A DNA stretch of 64,000 bases from contig JAKFBU010000039.1 in the NCBI GenBank assembly GCA_036676985.1, forward strand, positions 64,001 to 128,000, in the 5' to 3' direction. Positions 1 through 8,897 of this stretch are shown one piece after another. Positions within the stretch are counted from its first letter, which is position 1; the number at the start of each line of letters is the position of its first letter. Both the position numbers and the translations under genes were made by a program. The stretch is from Candidatus Sericytochromatia bacterium. GTDB taxonomy: Bacteria > Cyanobacteriota > Sericytochromatia > S15B-MN24 > UBA4093. A model generated the notes under the pieces. The model made no database searches and was not told the origin of the DNA. It saw only the letters and a list, made by a program, of their open reading frames with translations.

Positions 1-429
1 ATGTATTCCCGCCGAACGAACAGGAGATGTTGACTTTCTTCGCTGCCTTAGCTGTGGATTTTTCTCAATAAAACTCCTAGGAACCCATATAAGCTCACAA
101 TCTGGCACCGGAAGCACCAAAGATTTTGCAAGCCGATAGGCCAAATATTCGTTTGGAAGGGTCTTCGGGTATAAGTAATCTGGCCTTACATCGTTAAACT
201 TAACAATATAAGTTTTGCCATTGTCACATTCAATAAGAGCTGACTCTGAGACGCCAGCGCCAGCAAACCCCTTAAAAAATTTGGCCGTAACATACTTCCT
301 AAGGGAATATATGTTTGATACTCGCCGGCCTGCCCAGGAGATGGACTTCGGCTGTTGCCAGCCACGTACCAAAAGAATGGGTCTTCGTTTAGAGGCGGCC
401 ACAATTTGACCAACGATAGTCTTTGACAT
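1..429 (-). CDS. HipA-family (HipA_2-like) kinase, N-terminal part; runs off the left edge
   Basis: Manual translation of an open minus-strand frame from ATG 429 to position 1 gives ...GAGVSESALIECDNGKTYIVKF...LPNEYLAYRLAKSLVLPVPDCELIWVP...AGIH. This is a kinase N-lobe (Gly loop, VKF lysine, NE helix, LPVP). The region is AT-rich and the true start is uncertain. Confidence 0.7.
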   Translation of the reverse strand, partial: MSKTIVGQIVAASKRRPILLVRGWQQPKSISWAGRRVSNIYSLRKYVTAKFFKGFAGAGVSESALIECDNGKTYIVKFNDVRPDYLYPKTLPNEYLAYRLAKSLVLPVPDCELIWVPRSFIEKNPQLRQRRKSTSPVRSAGIH

Positions 430-618
430 TCTAGGAGCGAGCCCCTTTTAAGCCAGATTTAGGAACGAATTCCGAGTTGGGCCAACGATTAAAATAGATT
501 GCAATTAAGTTATGAAACTAGCCTAGCTATCACTTTATCATCATACACTAAATCTTCTGGTCCGGGAACTTGCTTGGCTGGCTAAGCTCCTTGCTTAAAG
601 CCATTATGGCTCATAGTG

Positions 619-2022
619 CTAGAGTGCATTCCTCGTTGCAATAGACTTATAGACTTCCACCGTCTCGGTCGGAACCCGCGCCAGGTTCCGGCCGGCCCTT
701 CGATCAATCTTGTAGAGGCCGAAGCGCGAGGCGTAGCCCTCCACCCACTCGAAGTTGTCCGTCAGGGTCCAGTGGACGTAGCCGCGCACGTCCACGCCGT
801 CCCAGATCGCATGCATGACCTGCTTCAGGTGCTCGACGAGGTAGGAGCTGCGCACGGCCCCCTTGCGATCGTCGATCCCGTTTTCGGTGATGATGATCGG
901 CACCCGGCGCCCGTCCGGAAGGCGCGAATAGCCGTCTGCCAGCATGAGCGCCCGGTACAGGCCTTCCGGATAGATCTCCCAGCCCAGGTCGTTGACCGGA
1001 GCCCCCGGTGTCGCCAGGCGATCCTTGGGCCCGAAGGACGTGACCCGCCAGCGCGTGTAGTAGTTGATGCCGATGAAGTCCACCGAGTTCTTGGCCTCGG
1101 GCACCTGGGCCTTCACGCCCTTGGCCCCCGGAATGCCGAAGTCCAGATCGCCCGTCGTCACGGCCTTGAGCATCGCCCGGTTGAAGACCTGGTCGTTGAA
1201 GTAGGCGTAAAGATGGTCGATGGGATTCCAGGCGTTGTAGGGGTCGAAGATGGCGAGGTGCTGCGAGATCCCGACCTGAGCGGCCAGGCCGTCGCCATCC
1301 GCGTCCTGGGTATCCGCCGCATGCAGGGCGCGGTACGCGAGGGCGTGCGCGCGGGCCATGTTGGCCATCACCTGGAGGGCCTCGTCCCGGTTCTTGTGCT
1401 GGGGCGGCCAGATACCGGCGTCGTACGACTGGAAGGCGTAGACGTTGGGCTCGTTGATGGTGATCCACCAGTCCACCTCGCCCCCGTACTCGCGGGCGAC
1501 GAAGTCGGCGAAGCGCTCGAAGTCCTTGAGCGTCTCTTCCGCGAGCCAGCCGCCCTGGGCGGCCACCCAGACCGGGTTGGTGAAATGGTGCAGGGTCACC
1601 ATCGGCTTGATGCCGTGGCGCTTCAGCGAGCGAAAGACCTCGTGGTAGTGGGCGATGGCCGCGGCATCCCACTTGCCCTTCTCGGGCTCGATGCGCGACC
1701 ACTCGATGGACAGGCGGTGGACGTTGTGGCCCATGTCGGCCGCGAGGGCGAAGTCGGAGTCGAAGCGGTTGTAGTGGTCCACGCCTTCCTCGGACGTATC
1801 GCCGTTGGCGACGACGCCCTTCAGCTTCTCGAAGTCCGACCAGTCGTTGCGGAGGTGGCCCTCGACCTGGTGTGCGGCCGTCGCGGCGCCCCACATGAAG
1901 CCCTTGGGGAAGGGGACGTCATGCATCGACTTGGCGGAAGCGGGCCCCAGGTTGAAAGCCGAGAGGGCCACCAGGAAGCGCGCCAGATGACCGCCCAGGG
2001 ACCCGAGCTTGCTCCGACGCAA
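619..2022 (-). CDS. Glycoside hydrolase family 1 (beta-glucosidase), probably secreted
   Basis: FMWGAATAAHQVEG, RLSIEWSRIEP, catalytic INEP and ITENG, and DNFEW motifs; hydrophobic N-terminus. Confidence 0.95.
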   Translation of the reverse strand: MRRSKLGSLGGHLARFLVALSAFNLGPASAKSMHDVPFPKGFMWGAATAAHQVEGHLRNDWSDFEKLKGVVANGDTSEEGVDHYNRFDSDFALAADMGHNVHRLSIEWSRIEPEKGKWDAAAIAHYHEVFRSLKRHGIKPMVTLHHFTNPVWVAAQGGWLAEETLKDFERFADFVAREYGGEVDWWITINEPNVYAFQSYDAGIWPPQHKNRDEALQVMANMARAHALAYRALHAADTQDADGDGLAAQVGISQHLAIFDPYNAWNPIDHLYAYFNDQVFNRAMLKAVTTGDLDFGIPGAKGVKAQVPEAKNSVDFIGINYYTRWRVTSFGPKDRLATPGAPVNDLGWEIYPEGLYRALMLADGYSRLPDGRRVPIIITENGIDDRKGAVRSSYLVEHLKQVMHAIWDGVDVRGYVHWTLTDNFEWVEGYASRFGLYKIDRRAGRNLARVPTETVEVYKSIATRNAL

Positions 2023-2024
2023 GG

Positions 2025-2795
2025 CTAGTGACCGCCGCCTTCGCCGTGCAGGTCGTTCTCCTTGCTGGCCTCCGCCTTGGCGAAGAGACCGATGGAGGCG
2101 ACGGCGGCCGCAACCGCGGCGACCTCACCCACGCCCGTCTCGGCGAGCAGGCCGCCGACCGCAGCACCCCAGTCCGCCGTGCTGGCGAGGGCGTAGTAGG
2201 CCTTGGTCTCCTTGGAGAGGCGCGGGTCGAGGAAGGCGGTGGCGGTGTCGTAGGTGCCCCAGACGGCGATGCCCACGCCCACGACCGGGATGGCCTTGGC
2301 CACACCGCGGCCCACCGAGCTCTCGGCGATGCGCGCGAGCGTTACCTCGGAGAGGCGGGGGAACTGGGTCTTCAGGCTGGTCAAGACGCCCTTGTAGGTC
2401 TGGGCGATCTTGGGCATGGCCTCGAGCAGAGGCTTGCAGAGCGTCGGATGGGCGTTGATCTTCTTGAGGAGGGTACCAGCGAGGTCCGGGGCGTAGCGGC
2501 CCATGTCGATCATGGCGTTGATGATTCGCGAGTCGAGGCGGGGGTTGTGGGCCAGGACCTCGGCGATCTCGGCCGCGATGTGCGGGGCCTCTTTGGCGAG
2601 CTTGGCGAGCTCGATGCCCGTGTGCGAGTTGTGGGCGGTGTGCCGGTTGTGCTCGTTGAAGATGGAGTCGTGCGGCGTGCCGTGGGAATTCTTTTGCTCG
2701 GCCTTGGCCTCGGGAGCCTTGTGATTGCCCGGCTCGGCGGTCTTCTTGGGGGGGACCTTGGCGCCGTGGGAACCGGCCGACTGAATTCCGCTCAT
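2025..2795 (-). CDS. Hypothetical protein with C-terminal Gly/Ala-rich hydrophobic helices
   Basis: Host-like codon usage, GGAGG RBS, stop adjacent to the GH1 start; no recognisable catalytic motif. Confidence 0.75.
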   Translation of the reverse strand: MSGIQSAGSHGAKVPPKKTAEPGNHKAPEAKAEQKNSHGTPHDSIFNEHNRHTAHNSHTGIELAKLAKEAPHIAAEIAEVLAHNPRLDSRIINAMIDMGRYAPDLAGTLLKKINAHPTLCKPLLEAMPKIAQTYKGVLTSLKTQFPRLSEVTLARIAESSVGRGVAKAIPVVGVGIAVWGTYDTATAFLDPRLSKETKAYYALASTADWGAAVGGLLAETGVGEVAAVAAAVASIGLFAKAEASKENDLHGEGGGH

Positions 2796-2935
2796 CGCAA
2801 CCTCCGGAGATTAGAAAGCACTAATCATCATTTACCCAGGTTGCTCGCTTGGTCCACGTGCGTACTGCATGGATGGCAGCCGGCAGAACGCCGGCGCTCC
2901 CAGGGATCAAATCCTCTTTGGGTCGTGCTTCTAGG

Positions 2936-4396
2936 CTAATCAGCTTGGCGAAGGCGGCACTTGTCGACTTTGCCACTCGGCGTTCGGGGCAGGGCGTCCA
3001 CCAGCGTGACCTTGCGAGGTAGCTTGTACGGCGCGAGACGGGTGGACAGGGCCTGGATGACCTCCTCGGTGTCCACCGGTGCGGACGGCACGACGTAGGC
3101 GCGCACGATCTCTCCGAAGACCTCGTGAGGCTCCCCCACGACGGCCGCCTCATGGACACGGCCGTCCGCACACAAAGCTTGTTCGACCTCCCAGGAGGAG
3201 ACGTTGGCACCGCCCGAGACGATGATTTCCTTCAGCCGACCCCGAAGCGCCACGAAGCCTGCGGAGTCTATGACCGCCAGGTCTCCGGTCGAAAGCCAAC
3301 CGTCCTTCAAAGGGTCCTCGCCCAGGTAGCCGATCATGCGACTGGGCGTCCGGACCTGGAGCTCCCCTTCCGTCCCAGCGGGCAGGGGCAACTCGGGCTC
3401 GCGCAGATCCACCACCCGCAACTCAATGCCCCGCAAGGGTAGGCCAATGGAGTCGGCCCGTTCGTTGAGACTTTCGGCCGGCAAGGTCGTGACCCGTGGC
3501 CCCGCCTCGGTCAGGCCGTAGGTTACATGCACCCGGGCCTCGGTCTTGGTGGAGAACTCGGCGGCGAACTCGCGGAGCAGCGTGGGCTCGATGGGGGCCG
3601 CGCCGATCGTGAGGGTCTCGAGGGACGAGAGGTCGGATGCCGCGACGATGGGCGATCGCATCGACCGCTTGTCCTGAATGAGCCGCACGTGGGTGGGCGT
3701 CAGGGAGCTGACGGTGATCCGTTCGGTTTCGATGGCCTTGAGGTACGCCCGGGGCATGAAGGGGCCGCGCATCAGGACGAGCGTGCCGCCGTGCCACAGG
3801 GTGGCGATCAGCTGCGCGACGAGCGTCGCCGAGTGGTACATGGGCGAGACGACGAGGACCCGATCATCGGGCCCAAGTCCGATTGACTCGGCGTGGGCGA
3901 GGGCGTTCCAGACGGATCCCGCCTCGGAGAGGCGCGCGATCCGTGGCTGACCGGTCGAGCCCGAGGTCGGCACCAGAAGCTCCGCCCCCGGATGATGCCC
4001 CCCATGGTCGGTCTCGGACTCCTGCACGAAGGGCTCGGCCACGAGAGGCGCCGGGCCGTCCTGCGCCGCGGCCGCGAGCCCCGCGTTGACGAGCTTCACC
4101 GGGATCGTGAGCCCCGCGAGCAACGCTGCCCGCTCGTCGGGCGGCGTGGAGGGCGGCAAGGGTAGCGGGTGGGCCCCCAGGCGCAGCACCGCGAGCAAGG
4201 CCACGACGAAGTGGGTGTCGTTGTCGAGCATCAGGGGGACGATGGTCCCGGGCCCCACGCCGACGGCACGCAGGCGATCGCACAGCCCGCAGACCCTGCG
4301 CCGCAAGGTCGCGTAGCTCACGCGCTCCGCGCCCGTGACCAGGGCCTCGTGGCCAGGACGGGTGCGGGCGTGACGATCGAGGGCGGTATTGAGCAT
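2936..4396 (-). CDS. AMP-dependent acyl-CoA/acyl-ACP ligase (ANL superfamily)
   Basis: PTSGSTGQPR P-loop, YGLTEAGP, STGDL and PSGKVDK motifs. Confidence 0.93.
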   Translation of the reverse strand: MLNTALDRHARTRPGHEALVTGAERVSYATLRRRVCGLCDRLRAVGVGPGTIVPLMLDNDTHFVVALLAVLRLGAHPLPLPPSTPPDERAALLAGLTIPVKLVNAGLAAAAQDGPAPLVAEPFVQESETDHGGHHPGAELLVPTSGSTGQPRIARLSEAGSVWNALAHAESIGLGPDDRVLVVSPMYHSATLVAQLIATLWHGGTLVLMRGPFMPRAYLKAIETERITVSSLTPTHVRLIQDKRSMRSPIVAASDLSSLETLTIGAAPIEPTLLREFAAEFSTKTEARVHVTYGLTEAGPRVTTLPAESLNERADSIGLPLRGIELRVVDLREPELPLPAGTEGELQVRTPSRMIGYLGEDPLKDGWLSTGDLAVIDSAGFVALRGRLKEIIVSGGANVSSWEVEQALCADGRVHEAAVVGEPHEVFGEIVRAYVVPSAPVDTEEVIQALSTRLAPYKLPRKVTLVDALPRTPSGKVDKCRLRQAD

Positions 4397-4398
4397 GG

Positions 4399-5169
4399 CT
4401 AGAGGCTCAGCATCCCGAGTTCGCGCCCGCCCGTGACGGGAATCTCGGCCCCCGTCACGTAGGAAGCCTGCACGGAGGCCAAAAAGGCGACCACGGCCGC
4501 GACCTCCTCGGGCGTGCCCTCGCGGCGCATGGCGATGGCCTTCTTCATAGCCTCGGCAGCCCGCTCGCTGAGGCCCGCCGTCCGCTCGGTGGCGATGCGA
4601 CCGGGGATCACGAGGTTGGCGGTGATGCCCTGACGCGCGTACTCCTGGGCGATGGTCTTGATGAGCCCCACGAGGCCCGCCTTGGCCGCGGCGTAGGCGC
4701 CCTCGGCAAAACCGCCCTGCAGGCCCATCAACGAGCCGAGAGCCATCACCCGGCCCCAGCCTCGCTGGGCCATGCCCGGAAGAAAGACCTGGGCGCAGCG
4801 GTAGAGGCCACCGAGATCCGTGGCGAGCACGTCGTTCCAGTGGGTCTCGGGGAGGGTGGCGAGGCGCGCGGGACGGTCTGGAGCGGCCGCCGCGTACACG
4901 AGCACCTCAACGGGCCCGAGCTCCGCCTCGATGGCCTCCCGGGCCTCCAGCCAGCGCGCCTGATCCGCCCGAGCGGCATCCAGGACGACCGATCCGGCCT
5001 GGGCCCCGCCGGCCCGCAGCTGATCGACGGTCTCAGCGAGCGCCTCGGCGCTCCGGCCCATGACGGCCACCCGCATGCCCTCGGCTCCGAGCGCGAGCGC
5101 CACGGCCCGGCCGATGCCGCGCGAGGCGCCGACGACGAGGGCGGTCTTGCCCGTGAGCCCCAAGTCCAT
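4399..5169 (-). CDS. SDR ketoreductase (FabG-like) 1
   Basis: Starts MDLGLTGKTALVVGASRGIG; YAAAK catalytic motif. Start reassigned to ATG 5169. Confidence 0.92.
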   Translation of the reverse strand: MDLGLTGKTALVVGASRGIGRAVALALGAEGMRVAVMGRSAEALAETVDQLRAGGAQAGSVVLDAARADQARWLEAREAIEAELGPVEVLVYAAAAPDRPARLATLPETHWNDVLATDLGGLYRCAQVFLPGMAQRGWGRVMALGSLMGLQGGFAEGAYAAAKAGLVGLIKTIAQEYARQGITANLVIPGRIATERTAGLSERAAEAMKKAIAMRREGTPEEVAAVVAFLASVQASYVTGAEIPVTGGRELGMLSL

Positions 5170-5171
5170 GG

Positions 5172-5438
5172 CTAGGCCTCCCGGCTCGCGAAGTGGTGGG
5201 CGATCGCCCCCACCGTCGCCAGTCCCGCAAGCTCCGTCTCGTCGACCGCACGTCCGAGGCGCGTCTCGAGGCCCACGGCCAGGTCTAGGAGCGCCACCGA
5301 GTCCACGCCAAGGTCCTCGATCAGGCGGTGCTCTGGCCGGATCTCGGCCGGCGCGATGCGCGGACGGAAGTCGTCCATGGAGGCGAGGATCTCGCGCAGG
5401 TGAGTCAGGATGGCGTCTGGCTGCATGGATGTCACCAT
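5172..5438 (-). CDS. Acyl carrier protein
   Basis: About 85 aa and acidic; DLGVDSVALLDL phosphopantetheinylation motif. Confidence 0.93.
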   Translation of the reverse strand: MVTSMQPDAILTHLREILASMDDFRPRIAPAEIRPEHRLIEDLGVDSVALLDLAVGLETRLGRAVDETELAGLATVGAIAHHFASREA

Positions 5439-6199
5439 TGGTTGTTGAGGTGGGAGCCGCCCCCCACGGGCAGGACCGTCCCGGTGATGAAGCTAGCGGC
5501 CTCGGAGGCCAAAAAGACCACGGCGTCCGCCACCTCTTCCGGGCGGCCGAGCCGCTTGAGGGCCGAGCCCTCCGCGTGCCGAGCGGCCATCTCGGCGGTG
5601 GCGATTTCCCGGAACCGCTCCGTGTCGATGAAGCCCGGAGCCACGACGTTCGACGTGACGCCGAAGGGGCCGTAGTCAAGGGCGAGTCCGCGCGCCATGG
5701 CCTCCTGGGCCGCCTTGAGCGTGCTGTAGAGGCCGTTGCCCCGAGCCCCCACCGACGCGACCAGCGAGCCGATGAACACCACCCGACCCCAGCGCCGGCG
5801 CTTCATCGCGGGCAACACGAGGCCGTTGAGCTGGATGACGCCCCGGAAGTTGACGTTCATGGACTCCGTCCAGTCCTCGGGCGCGTACTGAGCGAGCCGC
5901 AGGCGCCGCGAGAAGCGGGCCGCATTGTGCACGAGCACCTCGGCATCACCCCAGTGGGACGTCAGACGCTCGTGCGCCGCGACGACCGAATGGGGATCCC
6001 CCATGTCCGCCACCAGCGACAGGGCCTCCCCCCCCGCCGCGCGGGCGAGCGTACAGGTCTCGTCCAGCAGCTCCGGGTTGCGGCCGAGCACCGCGACCTT
6101 CGCCCCCTGTGAGGCGAGCGCCACGGCGACCGCGCGGCCGATACCGCGGCCCCCGCCCGTGATGAGAGCTACCTTGCCTTCGAGCCCGAGCCGCCTCAC
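5432..6199 (-). CDS. SDR ketoreductase (FabG-like) 2
   Basis: GKVALITGGGRGIG, HNAA and YSTLK motifs; GTG start overlaps the upstream stop (GTGA). Confidence 0.92.
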   Translation of the reverse strand: MRRLGLEGKVALITGGGRGIGRAVAVALASQGAKVAVLGRNPELLDETCTLARAAGGEALSLVADMGDPHSVVAAHERLTSHWGDAEVLVHNAARFSRRLRLAQYAPEDWTESMNVNFRGVIQLNGLVLPAMKRRRWGRVVFIGSLVASVGARGNGLYSTLKAAQEAMARGLALDYGPFGVTSNVVAPGFIDTERFREIATAEMAARHAEGSALKRLGRPEEVADAVVFLASEAASFITGTVLPVGGGSHLNNQW

Positions 6200-7641
6200 T
6201 GCCAGCCGCTCCGGCGCAGGCGCGAGGCCGGCGATCGCGACGGAAACATGCGCAGCGCCCCCAACAGCTCGTCGCGGGTATGCCGGGGCTCGATGATCCG
6301 GTCCACGATGCCGCGCTGGGCGGCCGCAAGGGCCGACGAGCCGCGCTCGGCCCACTCGGCGCCAAGGCGCTCCAGGGCGCTCTCGTCGTCCTTGCCGCCC
6401 AGGATCTGCATGGCGATCTCGGCGCCGGCCACGCCGATCTTGGCCTGCGGATAGGCGAAAACCACCGAGCCGCCGCCCTGCTTCGAGTTGAGCAGGCCGT
6501 AGGCGCCGCCGTAGCACTTGCGGGTGACGACCGTGAGGCGTGGGACGTCGGTGTTGAGGGCCTTGTAGAAGTTCGCGCCCTCGATGAGGATGCCGTCGTG
6601 CTCGGGCTCCACGCCGGGCAGGATCCCGGGCACATCCACCAGGAACACGAGCGGCAGCCCGAAGGCGTCGCAGAGCTTGACGAAGCGCGTCATCTTGCGG
6701 GCGGAGCGGGTCGTCACGGCCCCGCAGTCCACAGCCGGCTGGTTGGCGATGACGCCCACCGAGCGCCCCCCCAGACGGATGAAGCCCGTCACGACGTTCT
6801 TGGCCCAGCGCGGCCACAGCTCGCAGAAGTCCCCGCCGTCCGCGAGCCCCTGGATGTGGGGCACCACGTCGTAGGCATGCGCGGGGTGCGCGGGCAGCGC
6901 GGGCATGGGGCCCAGGGGCGAGCGCGCCGGGCGGGTGCAGCGGGCGTCCAGGTACGAGAGGACCTCGCGGGTCTGGGCGAGGGCCTCCGCCTCGTTGGGG
7001 GCCGTGCGGTGCGCCACGCCCGAGATCTCGGCGTGGGTCTTGGCGCCGCCCAGCTCCGGCAGTCGCACGCTCTGGCCCGTCGCGGCCCGGATGACCGCCG
7101 GGCTCGTCGTCACCAGGAAGCTCGAGCGCTCGACCATGATCACCACGTCGGACAACGAGGCGAGGTAGGCCGGGAAGCCCGAGCAGAAGCCCATGGCCAC
7201 GGCGACCAGGGGAATGCGGCCCGAGTAGACGATGTAGCGGTGGAAGACGGCCGTGGCCCCCTCTAGGGAGCCGACGCCCTCGCTCAGGCGCGCCCCGTTG
7301 GAGTGCAGCATGGCCACGAGCGGCGCTCCAGCGTCCACGGCGCGGTCCATGAGGTCCACGATCTTCTGGGCGCCCCTCTCGCCGAGCGTGCCCTCCAGGA
7401 CCGAGAAGTCCATGGCGTAGGCGAAGGTGATCCGGCCGTCGACCTCGCCGATGCCCGCGATCACCCCGTCCCCGCGGGCGTCCGCCGGCTGGGGGCCGAA
7501 GGACTGGGGAACGGGCTCGACCTCGGCGCCCCACTCGACGAAGGTGCCCGCGTCGAAGAAGGCCTCCATGCGCTCGCGGGCGGACATGGCCCCGTGGCGC
7601 ACCCGGCGCGCGGGCGCCTGCGGAACGACTTCCTCGATCAT
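6196..7641 (-). CDS. Acyl-CoA carboxylase carboxyltransferase (beta-like) subunit
   Basis: SARERM..FFDAGTF, GDGVIAG, SNGARLSEG, ELGGAKTH, FLVDVPG and RKCYGGAY motifs. Confidence 0.92.
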   Translation of the reverse strand: MIEEVVPQAPARRVRHGAMSARERMEAFFDAGTFVEWGAEVEPVPQSFGPQPADARGDGVIAGIGEVDGRITFAYAMDFSVLEGTLGERGAQKIVDLMDRAVDAGAPLVAMLHSNGARLSEGVGSLEGATAVFHRYIVYSGRIPLVAVAMGFCSGFPAYLASLSDVVIMVERSSFLVTTSPAVIRAATGQSVRLPELGGAKTHAEISGVAHRTAPNEAEALAQTREVLSYLDARCTRPARSPLGPMPALPAHPAHAYDVVPHIQGLADGGDFCELWPRWAKNVVTGFIRLGGRSVGVIANQPAVDCGAVTTRSARKMTRFVKLCDAFGLPLVFLVDVPGILPGVEPEHDGILIEGANFYKALNTDVPRLTVVTRKCYGGAYGLLNSKQGGGSVVFAYPQAKIGVAGAEIAMQILGGKDDESALERLGAEWAERGSSALAAAQRGIVDRIIEPRHTRDELLGALRMFPSRSPASRLRRSGWQ

Positions 7642-8897
7642 GGCTGAGCCCCCACATGCGAGACGACGGCCATCTCCACGCCGTCGGCGATGGTGGCGGC
7701 CGCGTCGTAGCGCTCGATCTTGTCGGAAAGGCCCGTGAGCTTTTGCGTGTACTGATCCCGCCGTTCCATGGTCTCGATCACCGCCTGGCGCAAGAGGCCC
7801 GGCTTGTCGATGACGTGCCGGCGGTGGATGGCGCGGGCGATCCCCAGGCGCTCGGCGTCATGACCGTTCCACTCCTGGTCGCCGCGCATGGGAACGAGCA
7901 GCATGGGCTTCTTCGCCTTGATGGCCTGGTAGATGGTGCCGGAGCCGCCGTTGAGGATCGAGAGGGCGCTGCGCGCCATGACCTCCTCGCCGGGCAGGAA
8001 GTCCCGGATGGTGAAGTTGTCGGGGATCTGCCGGGGCAGCTCGAGGCCTGCGGTGGTCATGAGCACCCGGTAAGGCAGGTCGCGCAATTCCCGGAAGAGG
8101 GCCGGGAACACGTCCGGGTTGGCGGAACTGCCCGCCGAGAGGTAGAGCCAGGGCTGGTCGTGCGGCAGGTCCTCGTCCCAGCCGGCCGGAGTGGGCGCCG
8201 ACCAGTAGAGGGGGCCCGCGACGCGGATCTGCGGGGGCAGGTGGGCCTTGGTCTTGCACCACTCCGGGGCATCGGTGAGGTAGGTGGCGACGCTGCCCTC
8301 GAAGAGCCTGAGGATGTCCGCGTGGGGCGGCAGGCCGTGCTCGGCCAAGAGCGCGTTGTAGATCGTGACGTTGTCCTTGAAGATGCGCGCCGAGACGATG
8401 GGCACCAGCTGGTTGAGGATTGCCATGCCGAGCGTCCGGCCGAGCATGCCCGTGACCTTGAGCGTCACCTTGTGCTCGAGGGGTGGGGTGATCTTGGTGC
8501 CCCAGTAGTGGGTCCAGTGGGTGTTGGTCAGGGCGATGACGCCCACCTTCTCGATGGCCGCCGCCACGTGGATCGAGGGGCGGTAGTCGCTCACGATGAC
8601 CGACGGCTTGAGCTTCTGGATCATCTCGCGCTCGGCCGAGACCAGGCGGCGCAGGGACTCGGGCGTGTGGAAGTCGAAGCCGTTGACCAGCACCTCGTCC
8701 ATGGTCATGTCGAGGAGCGGGTAGACCTCGATGCCCGCCCGGCGCACCAGCGAGTCCTCGGGCAGGACGAACGGGCCGTCGCCCACGAAGACGCAGCGGT
8801 AGCCGCGGCGCTGCAGCTCCAGGGCGACCAGGAGCGAGCGGCCCACATGCGAGAGGCCCCACGAGTGCGGGGCGAAGACGATGGGCGCCTTGGTCAT
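7638..8897 (-). CDS. GT1-family (UDP/MGT-like) glycosyltransferase
   Basis: N-terminal GLSHVGR histidine; C-terminal DFLPG..., NGGSGT and PMRGDQEWN donor-binding signature. Confidence 0.88.
   Translation of the reverse strand: MTKAPIVFAPHSWGLSHVGRSLLVALELQRRGYRCVFVGDGPFVLPEDSLVRRAGIEVYPLLDMTMDEVLVNGFDFHTPESLRRLVSAEREMIQKLKPSVIVSDYRPSIHVAAAIEKVGVIALTNTHWTHYWGTKITPPLEHKVTLKVTGMLGRTLGMAILNQLVPIVSARIFKDNVTIYNALLAEHGLPPHADILRLFEGSVATYLTDAPEWCKTKAHLPPQIRVAGPLYWSAPTPAGWDEDLPHDQPWLYLSAGSSANPDVFPALFRELRDLPYRVLMTTAGLELPRQIPDNFTIRDFLPGEEVMARSALSILNGGSGTIYQAIKAKKPMLLVPMRGDQEWNGHDAERLGIARAIHRRHVIDKPGLLRQAVIETMERRDQYTQKLTGLSDKIERYDAAATIADGVEMAVVSHVGAQP

Noticed and set aside
186-413. Short ORFs 186-413(-) and 215-409(+) from the track
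   Set aside because: They overlap a longer minus-strand frame with clear kinase motifs.
4399-7657. Apparent long N-terminal extensions or fusions on the SDR ORFs (426 aa and 741 aa)
   Set aside because: The extensions overlap the ACP and carboxyltransferase genes in another frame; coupled internal starts give normal ~256-aa SDRs.
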